A stretch of DNA of 50,737 nt, filler included, from Circinaria calcarea (GCA_051942165.1; 3 parts of 3 records of this genome joined end to end with filler, not necessarily neighbours in it); one strand, 5' to 3'. Positions 23,453 through 35,724 are shown, numbered from the whole stretch's first letter. Translations and numbers: made by a program. Notes: a model not told the origin generated them from the sequence alone.

Positions 23453-25550
23453 TCAAACTGCGGTTGCGGTCGCGCTTGGGCTTGCTGTCGCGAGTACGGA
23501 GGCCACGGAGGCCCTGGAGGCGGAAGCAGCTGAGCGTGAGCTCAAGCTCGCGGATCGGGCCGAAGCAGAAGAGGCCTTCGACGCACTTACCACGGACCGT
23601 AGAGAAGACCGAGACGAACTCGCCGAAGACTTGGAGCTGTTTATGACCGCAGCGTACGAGGCTTTGGACGCGAGCGCTGAAGATCTCGAAGCACTCGCAG
23701 CAGAAGTGCGGGAAGCTGCGGCAGCGGCAGCTACGGATTTAGAGGAACTGACATAAACGCTGCGGGAGGAGCGAGAGGCAACGGGGTCTGTGTTTGGTAT
23801 CGAAGTAGTAGTAGAAGCTAACATGCTGCCGGGAGACGGCGTGAAACTAGGAGACAATGTACTACTAATTAGTGGCCGGCTGCTAGAAGATTGTGAGCCT
23901 GCAGCAGACGATGCACCGGTAGCAGATAATGCACCGGTAGTAGATGATGCGCCGGCGGCAGATGATGCGCGGGTGGCAGAGGATACACCGGCAGCAGAGG
24001 ATACGCCAGCGGCAGAGGATACGCCGGTGGCAGATAATCTGCTGCTAGAAGATGACACGATAACGGGGGTCGATGTGCTGACGGCCACAGATGAGGCAGC
24101 TGGAGCAGAGGAAATATATGCCGTGAGTTGGTATAGATCGAAAACTGAGGCCCCTCCGCAAATCTGCGATGCATTGCCGTTACACGGATAGGTACAGCCC
24201 GTTGCAGGAGCAGGTGGAGGGCTTAGAGTGTTGCCGCATTGACCTGTTAACACTTAGCATTGCCACGGGAATATTATAGAGTGTAGTGACGTACATTGAC
24301 CATAAAACTCGACGAAGAAATACTTGTAAGCCCCCAACAAGGGCTGGCAAAACCTCGCGCAGGCATCTACGCTCTGGGCACCTGTGCCGGTAGATATTCC
24401 TTGCAGCCCAGAAGGTTCAGCGTAGCAGCCAATGAAGGAGTATGGACCGGATACCATAGGGACGGTGGTTCCAACACCTGATACGGCACTACTTGTAGAA
24501 GACGTAGATGGCGTGGAAGAAGTAGGCGCGGCAGAGGAAGAGGGAGGCCCGGAAGGCGGAGATGACGTGGACGGGGTAGAGGTTGAGGAAGACGAGGAAG
24601 CAGTAGAACCTGAGCCTGGTGGGGGCATTGACGGAATGCTCGCCGTGAGTTCGTAGAGATCGAAAACTGATGCCCCTCCGCAAATCTGCGATGAATTGCC
24701 GTTACATGGATAGGTACAGCCGGTTGCGGAAGCAGGTGGAGGGTTTAGAGTATTACCGCATTGACCTATTAAACAATTAACAGTCTGGTGGTATGTGTGT
24801 GGAACATGATGGCATACATTGACCGTAGAATTCAACGAAGAAGTAGACATAATTAGCGTTATTGGCCTGACAGAATGCGGCACAGGCATCTACGCTCTGA
24901 GCACCTGTGCCGGTAGAAATTCCTTGCAACCCAGAAGGCTCAGCATAGCAGCCGATGAAGGAGTATGGACCGGATACCATAGGAACAGTAGTTCCATAGG
25001 GTGCCGCACCAGAAGTGCCTGATGGGGCGCTGCTTGTGGAAGGCCTGGACGACGTAGACGACGCAGGCAAGGTAGACGAAACTGTGACCGAGGAAGCAGT
25101 AGAACCTGAGCCTGGTGGAGGCATTGACGGAATACTCGCCGTAAGTTCGTAGAGATCGAAAACTGAGGCCCCTCCGCAAATCTGTGATGAATTGGCGTTA
25201 CATGGATAGGTACAGCCCGTTGTGGGAGCAGGTGGAGGGTTTAGAGTGTTACCGCATTGACCTATTAACAATTAACAGTCTGGCGGCATGTGTATGAAGT
25301 GTGACCGCGTACATTGACCGAAGTATTCGACGAAGAAGTAGACATAATTGGCGCCATTGGCCTGGCAGAATGCAGCACAGAGGTCGACGCTTTCAGCACC
25401 CGTGCCGGTAGAAATCCCCTGCAGCCCAGAAGGTTCAGCATAACAGCCGATGAAAGAGTATGGACCAGATGACATGGGAACGGTGGTTTTCCCATCGGCG
25501 CTGACAAGACCGATAGTGGTCAGAGCCAGGAGTACATTTATGATGTGCAT
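23453..25550 (-). CDS. Secreted protein with three WSC-type carbohydrate-binding domains and Ser/Thr/Ala-rich linkers and tail
   Basis: Signal peptide MHIINVLLALTTIGLVSA; three copies of YSFIGCYAE..C..FC..YFFVE..GQCQCGN..CTYPCN.N..QICGG; introns 25312-25262, 24817-24766, 24294-24244. Confidence 0.88.
23904..24029. repeat. Coding 18-bp tandem repeat (7 units, SS/A-A/T-G-A/V hexapeptide)
   Basis: Units such as gcagaggatacgccggtg and gcagatgatgcgccggcg within the WSC protein tail. Confidence 0.85.
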
Positions 25551-26756
25551 AGTGGGCGGATTCGCGGACTTGCAAGGAGGGTAAGGATTGCACAGTATTG
25601 GAGCAGTGTGATATAGCTGTGTAGCTGAAGGGACAAACTTGAAACGTAGGGTTCAAGTCATATAGACGAGTAAAGTCACGCAAAGAGGGATTAAGTATCA
25701 TCTGGCTTGAATTGTTGTTGATGTGGAATGTGCGGTAGGAATGCTCCTAACGAAAAGGAAGAGCATTGATTGTCGCGCAGGACTACCAAGAATGCCTGAT
25801 TGAAATGAAGGCAAACACGTTGACCAGTATAAATTAATGCTGGATGGAATTGAGCGAGATAGCTAAATGAGCTTTGCATCAATAGAAATGAATATGTAGA
25901 TTGCATACTTTATCTTCCCGCATGAAGTGAGTCTCTCATGTACCAAACGGAAAGTATTATATCCTTAAACCAATACCTAAATCAGCATAGAGAGCGCGGT
26001 ATTTAATGCATGAAAGCTTGAGGGGAACAAAACCAGCAAGCCAAACATCCAAATATGTCTAGAATAGCACGGACTCTACACGAAGATCAGAGCCACCAAA
26101 TCAGCCATACTTGCCAGTGATCACTCTGTAGCTATTAGCTACAAGCCATCGTGGGAGTGGTCCAGTTGATTTATGCCATGCTAGTACTGGCATTAAGGAA
26201 CTAAAGCCATGTAAGGAGGTAACTTCTATCCACTTGAAATAGAAAGGTAGATGGATGCTGAACGGGTCTACTTAGTCATGCACTGTGGTTGCAGTACTCG
26301 CATTGTCCGCTCTCATCCCGTTGGGGAACGACAAGAGTGAGGCCATCCTCCCCGCCTGACGAGCCAGGATTTCTTGGGACCGCCCCCTGTTATTGCACTG
26401 AAGGGGATTTGACCAGATGGAAGGCTCTTATCTGGATTGCTAGTAAATCGCATCTTTGGCAAATCCAGGCCCAAGGCTAGCCGTCGATTATGGTGCAAAA
26501 ACTAATGCCAATTAGGAAATCATATGATCAGTATCTCTCTAATGCATCGTGCAATATAACTAGCCGTGCAGTGGTATCCTTCCATTCGAGTTCGAACGAG
26601 TGACTGTTGAGATTGAATTTGTGCATGGCAGCCCAGCCCTATGTGATCCTAAAGAACGACGTCAGAAGCCGGGAGAGACCGTTGCCAAGGCCAGACATAG
26701 AACAGGCCAGACGAAGTGCCATCGTCCAACATCTTTCAGTACACACATCAAACCCA

Positions 26757-27421
26757 ATGGACGTCTTCTACGCATACACGTACAGCACGGCTGCATGGCT
26801 GAGCATCCAAGCCGCTCCTCTGATTATATCCCCCAAGCTCATCGTCACAATGCTCTCGGTCGAAACCCGGCGACCCACAGGTACTATCCAGTCGACCATG
26901 AAGCCCATTCTCAGCCCCGGACATTACTAACTCCCAAAGACAGATCTGGAAACCTACTTCTGTCGCTCTCTCGGCCTCGCCCTCATCACCCTGGCCGTGT
27001 TGACAGTCCTCCTCACCGGCTCAGTTCCTCTGACCTCCACGTTTGCTGATGGTATGCTTTCCGCGTGCCTCCACCAGTCTATATACTTATAGGCAATGCT
27101 GAATTCGTACCCTTAGCCGTGAGTACCGACTCCTCCGATCCAAAGTCACCCTACGCCGTCCCCACCCTCACCCTCACCACCACCTTCCATTCCGCAAGCG
27201 CCTTCTACGCCTACGCGCAGTACATACAAACCGGCCAGATTTCTTTCGCGCTGAGCCTGATTGGATACGGCACATTAAGTGCGATGGGATTGTGGTGTTT
27301 ATTGTTTGCGAGTTCGGGCGGGAGAATCAGCCGGAAAACGGGGGCAGATAAGAGGACGAGTGGGTTTCCCTTCTCGAACGCGGAGGCAGACAAGAAAAAG
27401 GTAGGGAAAAAGCGGCTGTAA
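26757..27421 (+). CDS. Conserved fungal multi-pass membrane protein of unknown function
   Basis: Three exons with canonical GT-AG introns (~26881-26943, ~27052-27116); MDVFYAYTY..LETYFCRSLG..PYAVPTL..ISRKTGADKRTSGFPF. Confidence 0.75.
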
Positions 27422-27582
27422 GGTTGACCACTAGAACAAGTTGGATCTCATGTGCAATTGGTTCAAAGTACGTCCCCGCATTTTAGACAAGACAAATAGA
27501 ATTGGGGGTATCTAGAAATCAGTTTGCCACCGACGCCATGCACGAAATCCTTTGTGCAGTAGAGACGTGTATCGCGGCACCA

Positions 27583-28683
27583 TCATCCAACCATCAGTCC
27601 GTCCAAACCCCTCCAAAACACCCCGAAATTTCCGTCCCCATCTTTTGTTCCTCCGTTTTCTAAAACCGCAAACACCACACTCTCCCACCAGCCCTTCCAC
27701 TCACCCTCGCCCAGCACCTCCTTCCAACATTTTACCACCTCCCCCCTCGGATTCCCAAAAGCCCCGCATCCCAATGCCCCCAGCACCAGTCTCCGATGCG
27801 CCTCCCTCGCCGCGATCCGCAAACAAACCCTCATTTTCTTCTTCATGAGCATTTTGTCCTTCCAGCGCTTGTAGACCTCTTCGCCGCCCTCTTTGAAAAC
27901 CGTCTGTGGATCCCTGATCGCAGCCACGCTGACCACACTCACCACCTCCAACCGATCCGGTTGACTGAGATTCAGCAAGCCGTGCCCATCCGCTATGCTC
28001 TCTCGAAATACCACCACGCTAGGACTGTAGATGCCCTCTTCCTCCTTTAAGGGGTAGAATCTCCTTTTCAGCGTGAAGCTTAAGCTGCTCCTGTAACAAA
28101 TCGCCTCCTCCTGCGCCAGCGCTCCCCTCAACCAGCCGCCGCCACCATGCTCCGCATTTGCCATGTTTAGAACAAGGACTGGTTTGAGATCGATGGTGCT
28201 GGCGGGGAGGCCCAGAGCGGTGTCGAGGGTGTCGGCATTGAGAACGCGAATGGGGGTTGGTGGGAGGTTGGGGCAGCGGTGGGGAAAATCGGTCAGAGGA
28301 AGGAGGGAAGAGGGCCCGTACAAGGTCCCATCTGGAGGCGCATGAGAGATCCCCTTGAGGAGGTTGGGAAGGAGAGATTTGGTTTCCGAGGCGATGAGGG
28401 AGAGGGGTTTGGAATGGGTGGTGGAGGATATCGATGATGATGAGGTCGGACTTGGGGACAAAACGAGGTTGGCGCGACGCTCGGGGTAGAGGTTTATGGC
28501 CGGAGATTTTCCGTCGAGGTCATCTGTAGAACTAACTGAGACATTGGATGGAGGTGGTTTTGCAAAGTATGGTGAGGTTGCGGTTGTCGCATCTCTCTTT
28601 CGGGGGGAGAAGGAAGCTGGTGTGAGCTTGCTCTGTACTAAATTTGACTTATCAGCTCGAGAGCCTTCCTCGATAGTCGCCAT
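27583..28683 (-). CDS. Microbial-type poly(ADP-ribose) glycohydrolase (TIGR02452/DUF2263 macrodomain)
   Basis: VLNMAN..GGGGWLRGALAQEEAICYRS (GGG-x-QEE PARG signature), LVLGALGCGAFGNP. Confidence 0.88.
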   Translation of the reverse strand: MATIEEGSRADKSNLVQSKLTPASFSPRKRDATTATSPYFAKPPPSNVSVSSTDDLDGKSPAINLYPERRANLVLSPSPTSSSSISSTTHSKPLSLIASETKSLLPNLLKGISHAPPDGTLYGPSSLLPLTDFPHRCPNLPPTPIRVLNADTLDTALGLPASTIDLKPVLVLNMANAEHGGGGWLRGALAQEEAICYRSSLSFTLKRRFYPLKEEEGIYSPSVVVFRESIADGHGLLNLSQPDRLEVVSVVSVAAIRDPQTVFKEGGEEVYKRWKDKMLMKKKMRVCLRIAAREAHRRLVLGALGCGAFGNPRGEVVKCWKEVLGEGEWKGWWESVVFAVLENGGTKDGDGNFGVFWRGLDGLMVG

Positions 28684-28918
28684 TGGAAACCAATCGTTGA
28701 ACGGCTGATGTGGTCGTGCTTTAATGAAGTAGGAAGATTCTAGATTTACATGTGAAGCGAGGGCGATGAAGATCTACAGATAAGGTGCGATGTTGGGATT
28801 GATATGCATTCGATTTATTGAAGCTGTAAAACATTCAAGCTCTTCAAGCAACCTTGTAGTCATGACCCCGACTCTACGTTTCAACACTCGGTTCTGGCCG
28901 TAGAAAACCCATGCTAGA

Positions 28919-30050
28919 CTATCTCGCTTCCCTAAACCATGGAGTTGGTCCAGTAAGTGGTAGCATGATGGGTGGCAGAATCTCATCCTTTAGCTTCCAG
29001 ATCATGTCCATGTTCTTTTGGTTGTCGACCGCAGTGCAAAGCTCCCCTTCCTCTACGTTAGTCAACACCAGTTCCTTTGCTTGCCATTCTTCCTTCCGCT
29101 TGATCTCGAGAGCCTCCACCTCGTTCTTCAGCTCTTTTTGATCCTCTTCGCTCCAGTGTAATTGACGCCGTAGTAATCTAAAGAGCTGATCGGGGGGCAA
29201 AGCAAGCTCGTCGTCGGTGAAATGGAGGTCAGGTGGATACTCAGAAGACTGCGTTGACCGAGATCTTTGAGCAGCTTCTATAGCCGTATCATGCTCTAGA
29301 ACATCTCCATTGCTTTCGGGTGGCTTCGCGTTAACAATAAGCTTCAGTCGCTGCGGCTTCATCTGTGCTGTAGAATGACTTCGAGGGACGGGATCAGAAG
29401 GGCGCAGAGCTTCTGTCTCGTGCACAGTACGCATATGCTTGGCCAAAGCATCAGAGCGGGTAAATGACCGATCACATTCTGTTTTATATTAGAATCTAAA
29501 GAGTCCCAACCGTATCATCAACACTACCTGGAAGTGCACAATAGAAAGGTTTCTCCCTTGTATGACTCCTCATATGAGCCCTTAGTGCGTAGCCGCTTGC
29601 ATGATTGGCATCTATTCGCGGACATCCTAACCACTCGCAAGCATATTTCTTCTGCCGTATGCCTATATGATCGTCGTGTATGTGTTTGACTAACTCATCC
29701 ATGTTGTGGAGATCTCCTGCGGTACAGTTTCGCCATTTGCATTCCGTGACTTGCTCAGACGGTTGATCATCATCCTGCTGGTAAGCTGGGCCAGTAGGGG
29801 GTGAATTTGGTATGTCACCGGAGGTGTCTGAAGAGATATCCAAGTCTTCAAGCTGCGCTTCTGACAGCGACGCAGGGGTAGAGCGGTATGAAAAGGTTCC
29901 AATCCTTTGCCTCTTTGCAGGAGGCATTAGGTGAGAGTCGGCAGTATCAGGGAAAGCATCCAAGCTTGGCTCACAGTCTTCAAGCTTGACGTCTTCTGTG
30001 AACTCGCTGGAAGCGTGTGACGAAAGCGGAGAGCCCGGTGAGTCTGCCAT
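28919..30050 (-). CDS. iec1: C2H2 zinc-finger protein, INO80 subunit Iec1-like
   Basis: SSDTSGDIPNSP, three C2H2 fingers (CKWRNC..HIHDDH; CEWLGC..ASGYALRAHMRSHTREKPFYC; CDRSFTRSDALAKHMRTVH), LFRLLRRQLHW coiled coil; one intron ~29527-29479. Confidence 0.82.
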
Positions 30051-30469
30051 TTTTTTTGCCGGATTTGTGAATAGACAATGATACAACGTAGGAGAATACG
30101 TTAAGGAAATGAATCGTCCTAGCGATTATCTTGTTCCGGTCCTCCTTTTAGTGTAAATCTGGCAATACTATCATGTCGATGAATACAACTAATCTGTGAC
30201 TTCCAGATTCCTAGTATATTGGCTTGAATCAACTAAGGAAATGAATTTAGTTGTATTGGGGGCGCTTGATACTCTGCACGGCTTAACCATGAATGCCGGT
30301 GGACGATGGAAGTGCTGTCGTGAAGCTTCCCGCACGGACCACCTGTAAGCGTTCACGGCGTTCATCCGGACATCAAGAGTCCTTACTCCGTACCCCCCCC
30401 CCACTCAATCAGATCGTCCTTTCAGCTCCTACTATTCCGAACGAAGAAGGCAGGAGCGGCTCTTTGACC

Positions 30470-30754
30470 ATGCCCTCGAGCTTTTGGACCGAGGTGGAAA
30501 GCTATTACGAATCCAAGAAGTCATATACTAAGCTACTCCAACAAGCCCTTCCCAAGGACAAGCCGAGGAATGAGTCTCGGCCAAAAAGAGATCCAACCAA
30601 GATGAAGCAGCATAGTCAAGAAATCCCAAAGAACCCATTCGATGAGCTTGATTTGGATGGATCTACACCAGACCACCAGGCTACGGTCAAAGCGATGGCC
30701 GATATGAAGTTAGAGATGGAGCAGGAGAAAGCAAAGCCCAAGGGGAAACGATAA
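30470..30754 (+). CDS. Small basic hypothetical protein
   Basis: ATG-initiated ~94-aa charged ORF divergent from iec1; no domain recognised. Confidence 0.4.
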   Translation: MPSSFWTEVESYYESKKSYTKLLQQALPKDKPRNESRPKRDPTKMKQHSQEIPKNPFDELDLDGSTPDHQATVKAMADMKLEMEQEKAKPKGKR

Positions 30755-31183
30755 TTTACTGGCGCCTGGTTATGGGTCTGGGCAATTTCAGACATCTATT
30801 TTCGTGACGCCATGAGCTGCTTTGTTATGAGAGTGGAAGGGTCGAATATAATTGAGTCTAGGAACCTAGAGAGGGTCGCAGAAATGGTTCGTTGCTCGAG
30901 TCTCATCTTTTCCTACTCCGAGCTGTCCAAACGATGAACAACATATGAGTTCTGCAATTCGGACGGTTCCACCTTTGTTGAAGCCGAAAGCCGACACCTC
31001 AATCTACACTTGATCTGATGCACTTTACCATATTGTCACCTCAGCAAGCTTTCGAGAAAGTCCGGAGCACTTGCTAACACATAATTCCAGCGGAACGTTA
31101 ACTTTGATCGAATCAGTTCTAGCACCGAGTCTGTATACCCATAGCTATAAGAAGCTCAGTCGTCGCCAAACATCGATGGCAAT

Positions 31184-32276
31184 CTATTGATCTAACAAGT
31201 GACTGTGTGCCTCCGGGTACCTCCCTCCCACAATTTCCACTTCCGCGAGAATCTTATCAATCTCTACCATATCCGTCTCCGTCAACGTCACACTCTTCAT
31301 GTTTTCATTGATCCTCTCTTCCGTCGTTGCTCCCGGAATGGGAATGAAAACCGGCATCCCGGGCCTATCGCTCAACTGCCTCACCCACGCCAGCGCCAAC
31401 TGACCCGGCGTGCACCCTTTCTTGCCCGCCAACTTCTCCACCCGATCCACCAACTCGAAATTCTTCGGTAAGACGTCCTGTTGGAAGCGCGGCGAATTCT
31501 TCAGGAAACTGTCGTCGGGAATATCCTCGTACTTCCGGATCTGTCCCGTCAGGAAGCCTCGCCCCAACGGCGAATAGGCCGCGATCGGGATACCCAACTC
31601 CGCACACGTCTCCGCCACCCCGTTGGTCAAGATATCACGGGACCACAGCGACACCTCCACCTCGACCGCGCAGATCGGGTGCACCTTGGCTGCTCTCCGG
31701 ATCGTCTCCGCCTTCACCTCCGACAAGCTGATACCGCCCAACTTGCCCTCCCTCACATATTCCGCCAACGCCTTGATGGTCGTCTCGATCGGCGTGTTCG
31801 GGTCCACCCGCGCACATTCATACATGTCGATCTTCTTCTTCCCGCCCAGCAGCTTCAAACAGTTATCCACGCTCCTACGGACGCCTTCTTCGCTGCCGTC
31901 CGGCTTCATAGCCGCTATGTCAACCCCGCCCTTGATGTTTAGCACCACCTTGTCCGCGTCGTCGGGGTACCGGGTGAAGTAGGCGTGCAGGAGGTGCAGG
32001 GAGTTGTAGGTGGGGGTGCCGTAGAACTCGCCGCCGTTCCAGAAGTTGGCGCCGTGCGCGAGGGCGGTGCGCATGGCGGCGAAGGCTTGGGATTCGGGAC
32101 AAGGCTGGGCACGCCAGGTGAGACCTGTGCAGTTGAAGGGGGGCATTGGCGTTAGCTCGGGTTGATTGGAAAGCAAAGGAAGGGGAACGGACGGAGGGAG
32201 GCAGAGGTAGAGGCGTTTGTTTACCCATGAGGCCGTACCCAATCGCCCCGACTTCCTTCCCGAGCACAGTCGGCAT
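31184..32276 (-). CDS. Aldo-keto reductase, pyridoxal reductase (Plr1/AKR8)-like
   Basis: IGYGLMG|LTW across a ~100-nt intron, FWNGGEFYG, IKGG, ECARVDP, LSEV, AYSPLGRGFLTG, PIPGAT. Confidence 0.9.
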
Positions 32277-32340
32277 CTCGAATAATAGGAAGATTTTGTT
32301 CGTTGACGATAAACAAGTAACAGATAAATCCGCTTTCTTG

Positions 32341-32383
32341 TATGTCTGTGTGTGTCTGTGTGTGTATATGTATGTATGTATGT
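32341..32383. repeat. (TG)n/(TATG)n microsatellite
   Basis: tatgtctgtgtgtgtctgtgtgtgtatatgtatgtatgtatgt upstream of the AKR start. Confidence 0.8.
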
Positions 32384-33009
32384 GGAAAACTCTCCTTCTT
32401 GCCTGTGCTGCTATCGATCGCTATCGCTATTGCCGCTATTATGATATGGTTACTACTTCCAAAACACAAAGCGATAAACAAAATCCGGTCCCCTTCGACT
32501 TATATACATATACCTCCCCCTAGGTAGTCCGGACACGTAAACCCTATTGTTCTCTTCCTCCTCCTCCTCTTCCTCCGGAGATATCGGTATTTAGCCCCCC
32601 TGCCTAAAAAAATGGGGATTCCGATGGCTGTCCCTCTCCCTCCCCCCCCCGCTCCCCTAGATCAAAATCTAAAAAATGAGGGAAAACCCCGGGGCGGCTT
32701 TTACAGCACACACACACACACGCAACTGGTATCTCCGTAACGGAGGACGGAACACGGAGCACGGCGGGGTTTTCCCTTATCTCCGTGCCCTTTAGTTTTG
32801 TTTCTCTTTTCGGGTTTTTGGCAAGCCTGCTCCGGACCGGGTGGGGTACGAGTTGCGCCTTACGGAGTACACTTATGTCCGAGGGGGGTGCTGTGTGGGG
32901 GGGGGAATATTCATGCGAGCCAAGGAGATGGGAGATGGGAGATGATGGTAGGGTAGGTATTATAATAAGTACGAAGTACGAAGGGGGAAAGGAAGCCAAA
33001 GCCAGTGGA

Positions 33010-33080
33010 GTGAAAGTGAAGTGAAGTGAAAGTGAAAGTGAAAAATTGATGGTCGAATCGATTGATCGATCGATCGATCG
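33010..33080. repeat. GTGAA(A) and GATC simple repeats
   Basis: gtgaaagtgaagtgaagtgaaagtgaaagtgaaa followed by gatcgatcgatcgatcg. Confidence 0.7.
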
Positions 33081-33525
33081 GAAGGAACGAAAATTGTGGT
33101 GTGGGCTTCTGGAGAAGTGGCATATCGTGTGCTGTTTCTACAGTCGTTCTACAACATACACATGTACGTCAGGCTACCATGGTTGTATCGTGTACAAGTT
33201 GCTATAATTGTCAAAGGCTACTTACCTACTCTGTCTCTGTAAACGTGTGATGATGAGTAAAAGCCATGAGCTCTTAGTAAAAAACATATGATTCGACAAA
33301 ATTCCCTACCGAATCTATCTACAACGCCTACTTGGTATGGTTGAAAGAACCAAGTAAAAACGCCAGAGCCCTTTCCCCCTTTAAAGCTCCTCCCCAGCTG
33401 TCATGTGGAGATGACCGCTGATGCTCAGTCATGCCGTTGAAGGACAAGTACTTTTTGTGAATCATCTCATCATAACTCGTGTTGAATGGGTATGCGCTGA
33501 TGAACAGAAAACAAGGACGTGTTGT

Positions 33526-33822
33526 CTAGTATCGGTAGCTAGTAATGCTGGTCAGTGATTGAACAGACGCACTAAATTCATCAAGTACGTACATATCATT
33601 CTTAAAGGGTCCCTCGACAGTCAGACCCAAGTACTCGGCTTGCGCTGGGGTCAATTTCGAGAGCTTAGCATTAACGTGGTCAAGATGTAAGAGAGCAACC
33701 TGCTCGTCGAGGATCTTGGGTAGAACGTAGACACCAATGTCTTTCTTGCCAGTCTTGCCAAACTCAATGTACTTTTTGCCAAAAGCCTCATCTTCAGCCT
33801 TGAAGAGCATGATTTGCGCAAG
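33526..33822 (-). CDS. SAH1: S-adenosylhomocysteine hydrolase, C-terminal part (rest in gap)
   Basis: [44 protein letters not shown] with a short final intron. Confidence 0.93.
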   Translation of the reverse strand, partial: LAQIMLFKAEDEAFGKKYIEFGKTGKKDIGVYVLPKILDEQVALLHLDHVNAKLSKLTPAQAEYLGLTVEGPFKNDMYVLDEFSASVQSLTSITSYRY

Positions 33823-33922
33823 NNNNNNNNNNNNNNNNNNNNNNNNNNNNNNNNNNNNNNNNNNNNTTAATTAATTAANNNNNNNNNNNNNNNNNNNNNN
33901 NNNNNNNNNNNNNNNNNNNNNN
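33823..33922. other. Artificial contig spacer
   Basis: Same 100-nt spacer as at 16879; it must stand in for more than 1 kb because most of SAH1 is missing. Confidence 0.97.
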
Positions 33923-34497
33923 GGGTGCTATATGATCCTGGGTAGAATAGCTCTTGAAGGCGTGAGTTATATGGTGGAATGGGGGCAGTGGGGTGGCAAG
34001 GGCTTGTGAAAGAATTTCGAGTTGGCTTTTTGTCTGGATTAATGGGGTTATATTTGAGGGATCAAGATCGCTTGCCGTGGATGCTGGAGATGGGCATGGA
34101 GACCACTCAAAAAAATAACGGGCTGTTGAGGGAGGCGGTGATGGCTATGTAGGGATTCGAAGGTAGGGCACGGTTAGCGCTAATAGCTAGGTGGTATTAG
34201 GTGGGAAAAGACTTTATGATGATACACTGGTAGTGGAGATGCAAAGTCCGCGTGGAGAGTTGTCTTGATGAAGGTGCTGGTAGTAATGTTTGCTTTGCGA
34301 AATGAGATCGCAAGAGCGAGCTAGTTGGTATGAGACTGTTCATTAACAGTCCATATCCTTGACCGATCTCCATCTTTGTGCAGCTTGCGCCCTTTCTCCA
34401 TGCACAATCGAGTTTTGCGAGATACAGGTAACCTGTACCGGTAGCCGTCGATTCTTGACGTCTCTTTCCAATCATTTAGAGCACGGCACGGGATGTC

Positions 34498-35724
34498 TCA
34501 TAACGATGGATGAGCAACACAACTGAACCTTACACCCACATCCTTGAAAGCACAGACTAGATTCTCCATCTCGTCCAGAAGGCCGCCCTCTTTTCTAGTC
34601 ACCATGTACTCATCAGTGAAGCGGCGATCCCAACAGGCCACAAACTTTAGTGCAGGAAAGCAAGCATGCTTATCCTTTGCCAAAGCATTCATCCTTGTCC
34701 ACCAGGATGATAAATCGACGTTATTAGGCGTTGATAGAATGCTTATGTTATACTGCAGCTGTATCTCTTCTAACTGACAGGGTAGAGAGTTGCGGAATAT
34801 CAAGTCACCATGTTGCACTAGCAGACTCTCAGGGATCCCTAGTCGTTTGAGATTGGTGTACCTTCTAAAATCACCTATCAGAGATGGTGGGGGAAAGATA
34901 AGACCTCCGGTACTAGTGATGGAGATTTCTTCTAAAGTGCTTGCGTGAGGCTGTAGCGCGGCATCAATAACTGCCAGTGGCGTAGCAAAGCAACCTGCTG
35001 GTTCTTCCTCGCCCTGTATGTCCAAAACGATTCTTTTTAGATGTTTGGCTAAGAGTAGCATCTCTGGTAAGACACGCATATGCACTTCCTCCCAATAGAT
35101 AAGGTGAAGGTCAGTGACCAATGATGTTCGATGACATCTCCGAGGAAAGCAGTCTTTTGACAAACCCAGTTCGTCTAGGTCGAGGCTAATCAGGTCGATT
35201 TGTAGCTTTCGTAGAGTAGGAATCGAGAATACGTGAGCTAAGGCTCCTAGCTCGTGTGACTGTTCGTGTCTAGCAGTAGGGGAAGCAGCCCAAAAATCGA
35301 AGCTGATTCGCAAAGATACAAGACGGCCTAGACTTGGAAGGCGAAAATCGGATGCAGCATCGTCGAGAGCTAGTTCGTGCAATGAAGGGAAGAGCTTGAC
35401 GAACTCAGTCGCGTCGGTGCAACCAAGGGCAACAAGATTCCACATTTTGACATGCAGCACCGCAACGTGTGAGCAAAGTGACGGATTCCTAGATAACACC
35501 CTAAAGACCGATCGAAACTTTTTCTCGTGAATGTAATTTTGTGAGTACCAATCCGTGCTAATGGTGTGATAGAGGAGTGGTTCCGCTATGGCTCTAAAAC
35601 ACCGAGACACTCGAGTGACCCGAGCCACATAAGGTTGTAAGGGAAGATAAGAAAAGATCTCGGTCAGAAGCTCATTGGGGAGCTCTGTGATCGATACGGG
35701 CGTTCTATCTTCAGGCTCTGCCAT
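34498..35724 (-). CDS. F-box protein with leucine-rich-repeat-like C-terminus
   Basis: SITELPNELLTEIFSYL..VTRVSRCFRAIAEPLLY F-box; repeated LxxLxI segments; single exon. Confidence 0.82.
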   Translation of the reverse strand: MAEPEDRTPVSITELPNELLTEIFSYLPLQPYVARVTRVSRCFRAIAEPLLYHTISTDWYSQNYIHEKKFRSVFRVLSRNPSLCSHVAVLHVKMWNLVALGCTDATEFVKLFPSLHELALDDAASDFRLPSLGRLVSLRISFDFWAASPTARHEQSHELGALAHVFSIPTLRKLQIDLISLDLDELGLSKDCFPRRCHRTSLVTDLHLIYWEEVHMRVLPEMLLLAKHLKRIVLDIQGEEEPAGCFATPLAVIDAALQPHASTLEEISITSTGGLIFPPPSLIGDFRRYTNLKRLGIPESLLVQHGDLIFRNSLPCQLEEIQLQYNISILSTPNNVDLSSWWTRMNALAKDKHACFPALKFVACWDRRFTDEYMVTRKEGGLLDEMENLVCAFKDVGVRFSCVAHPSL

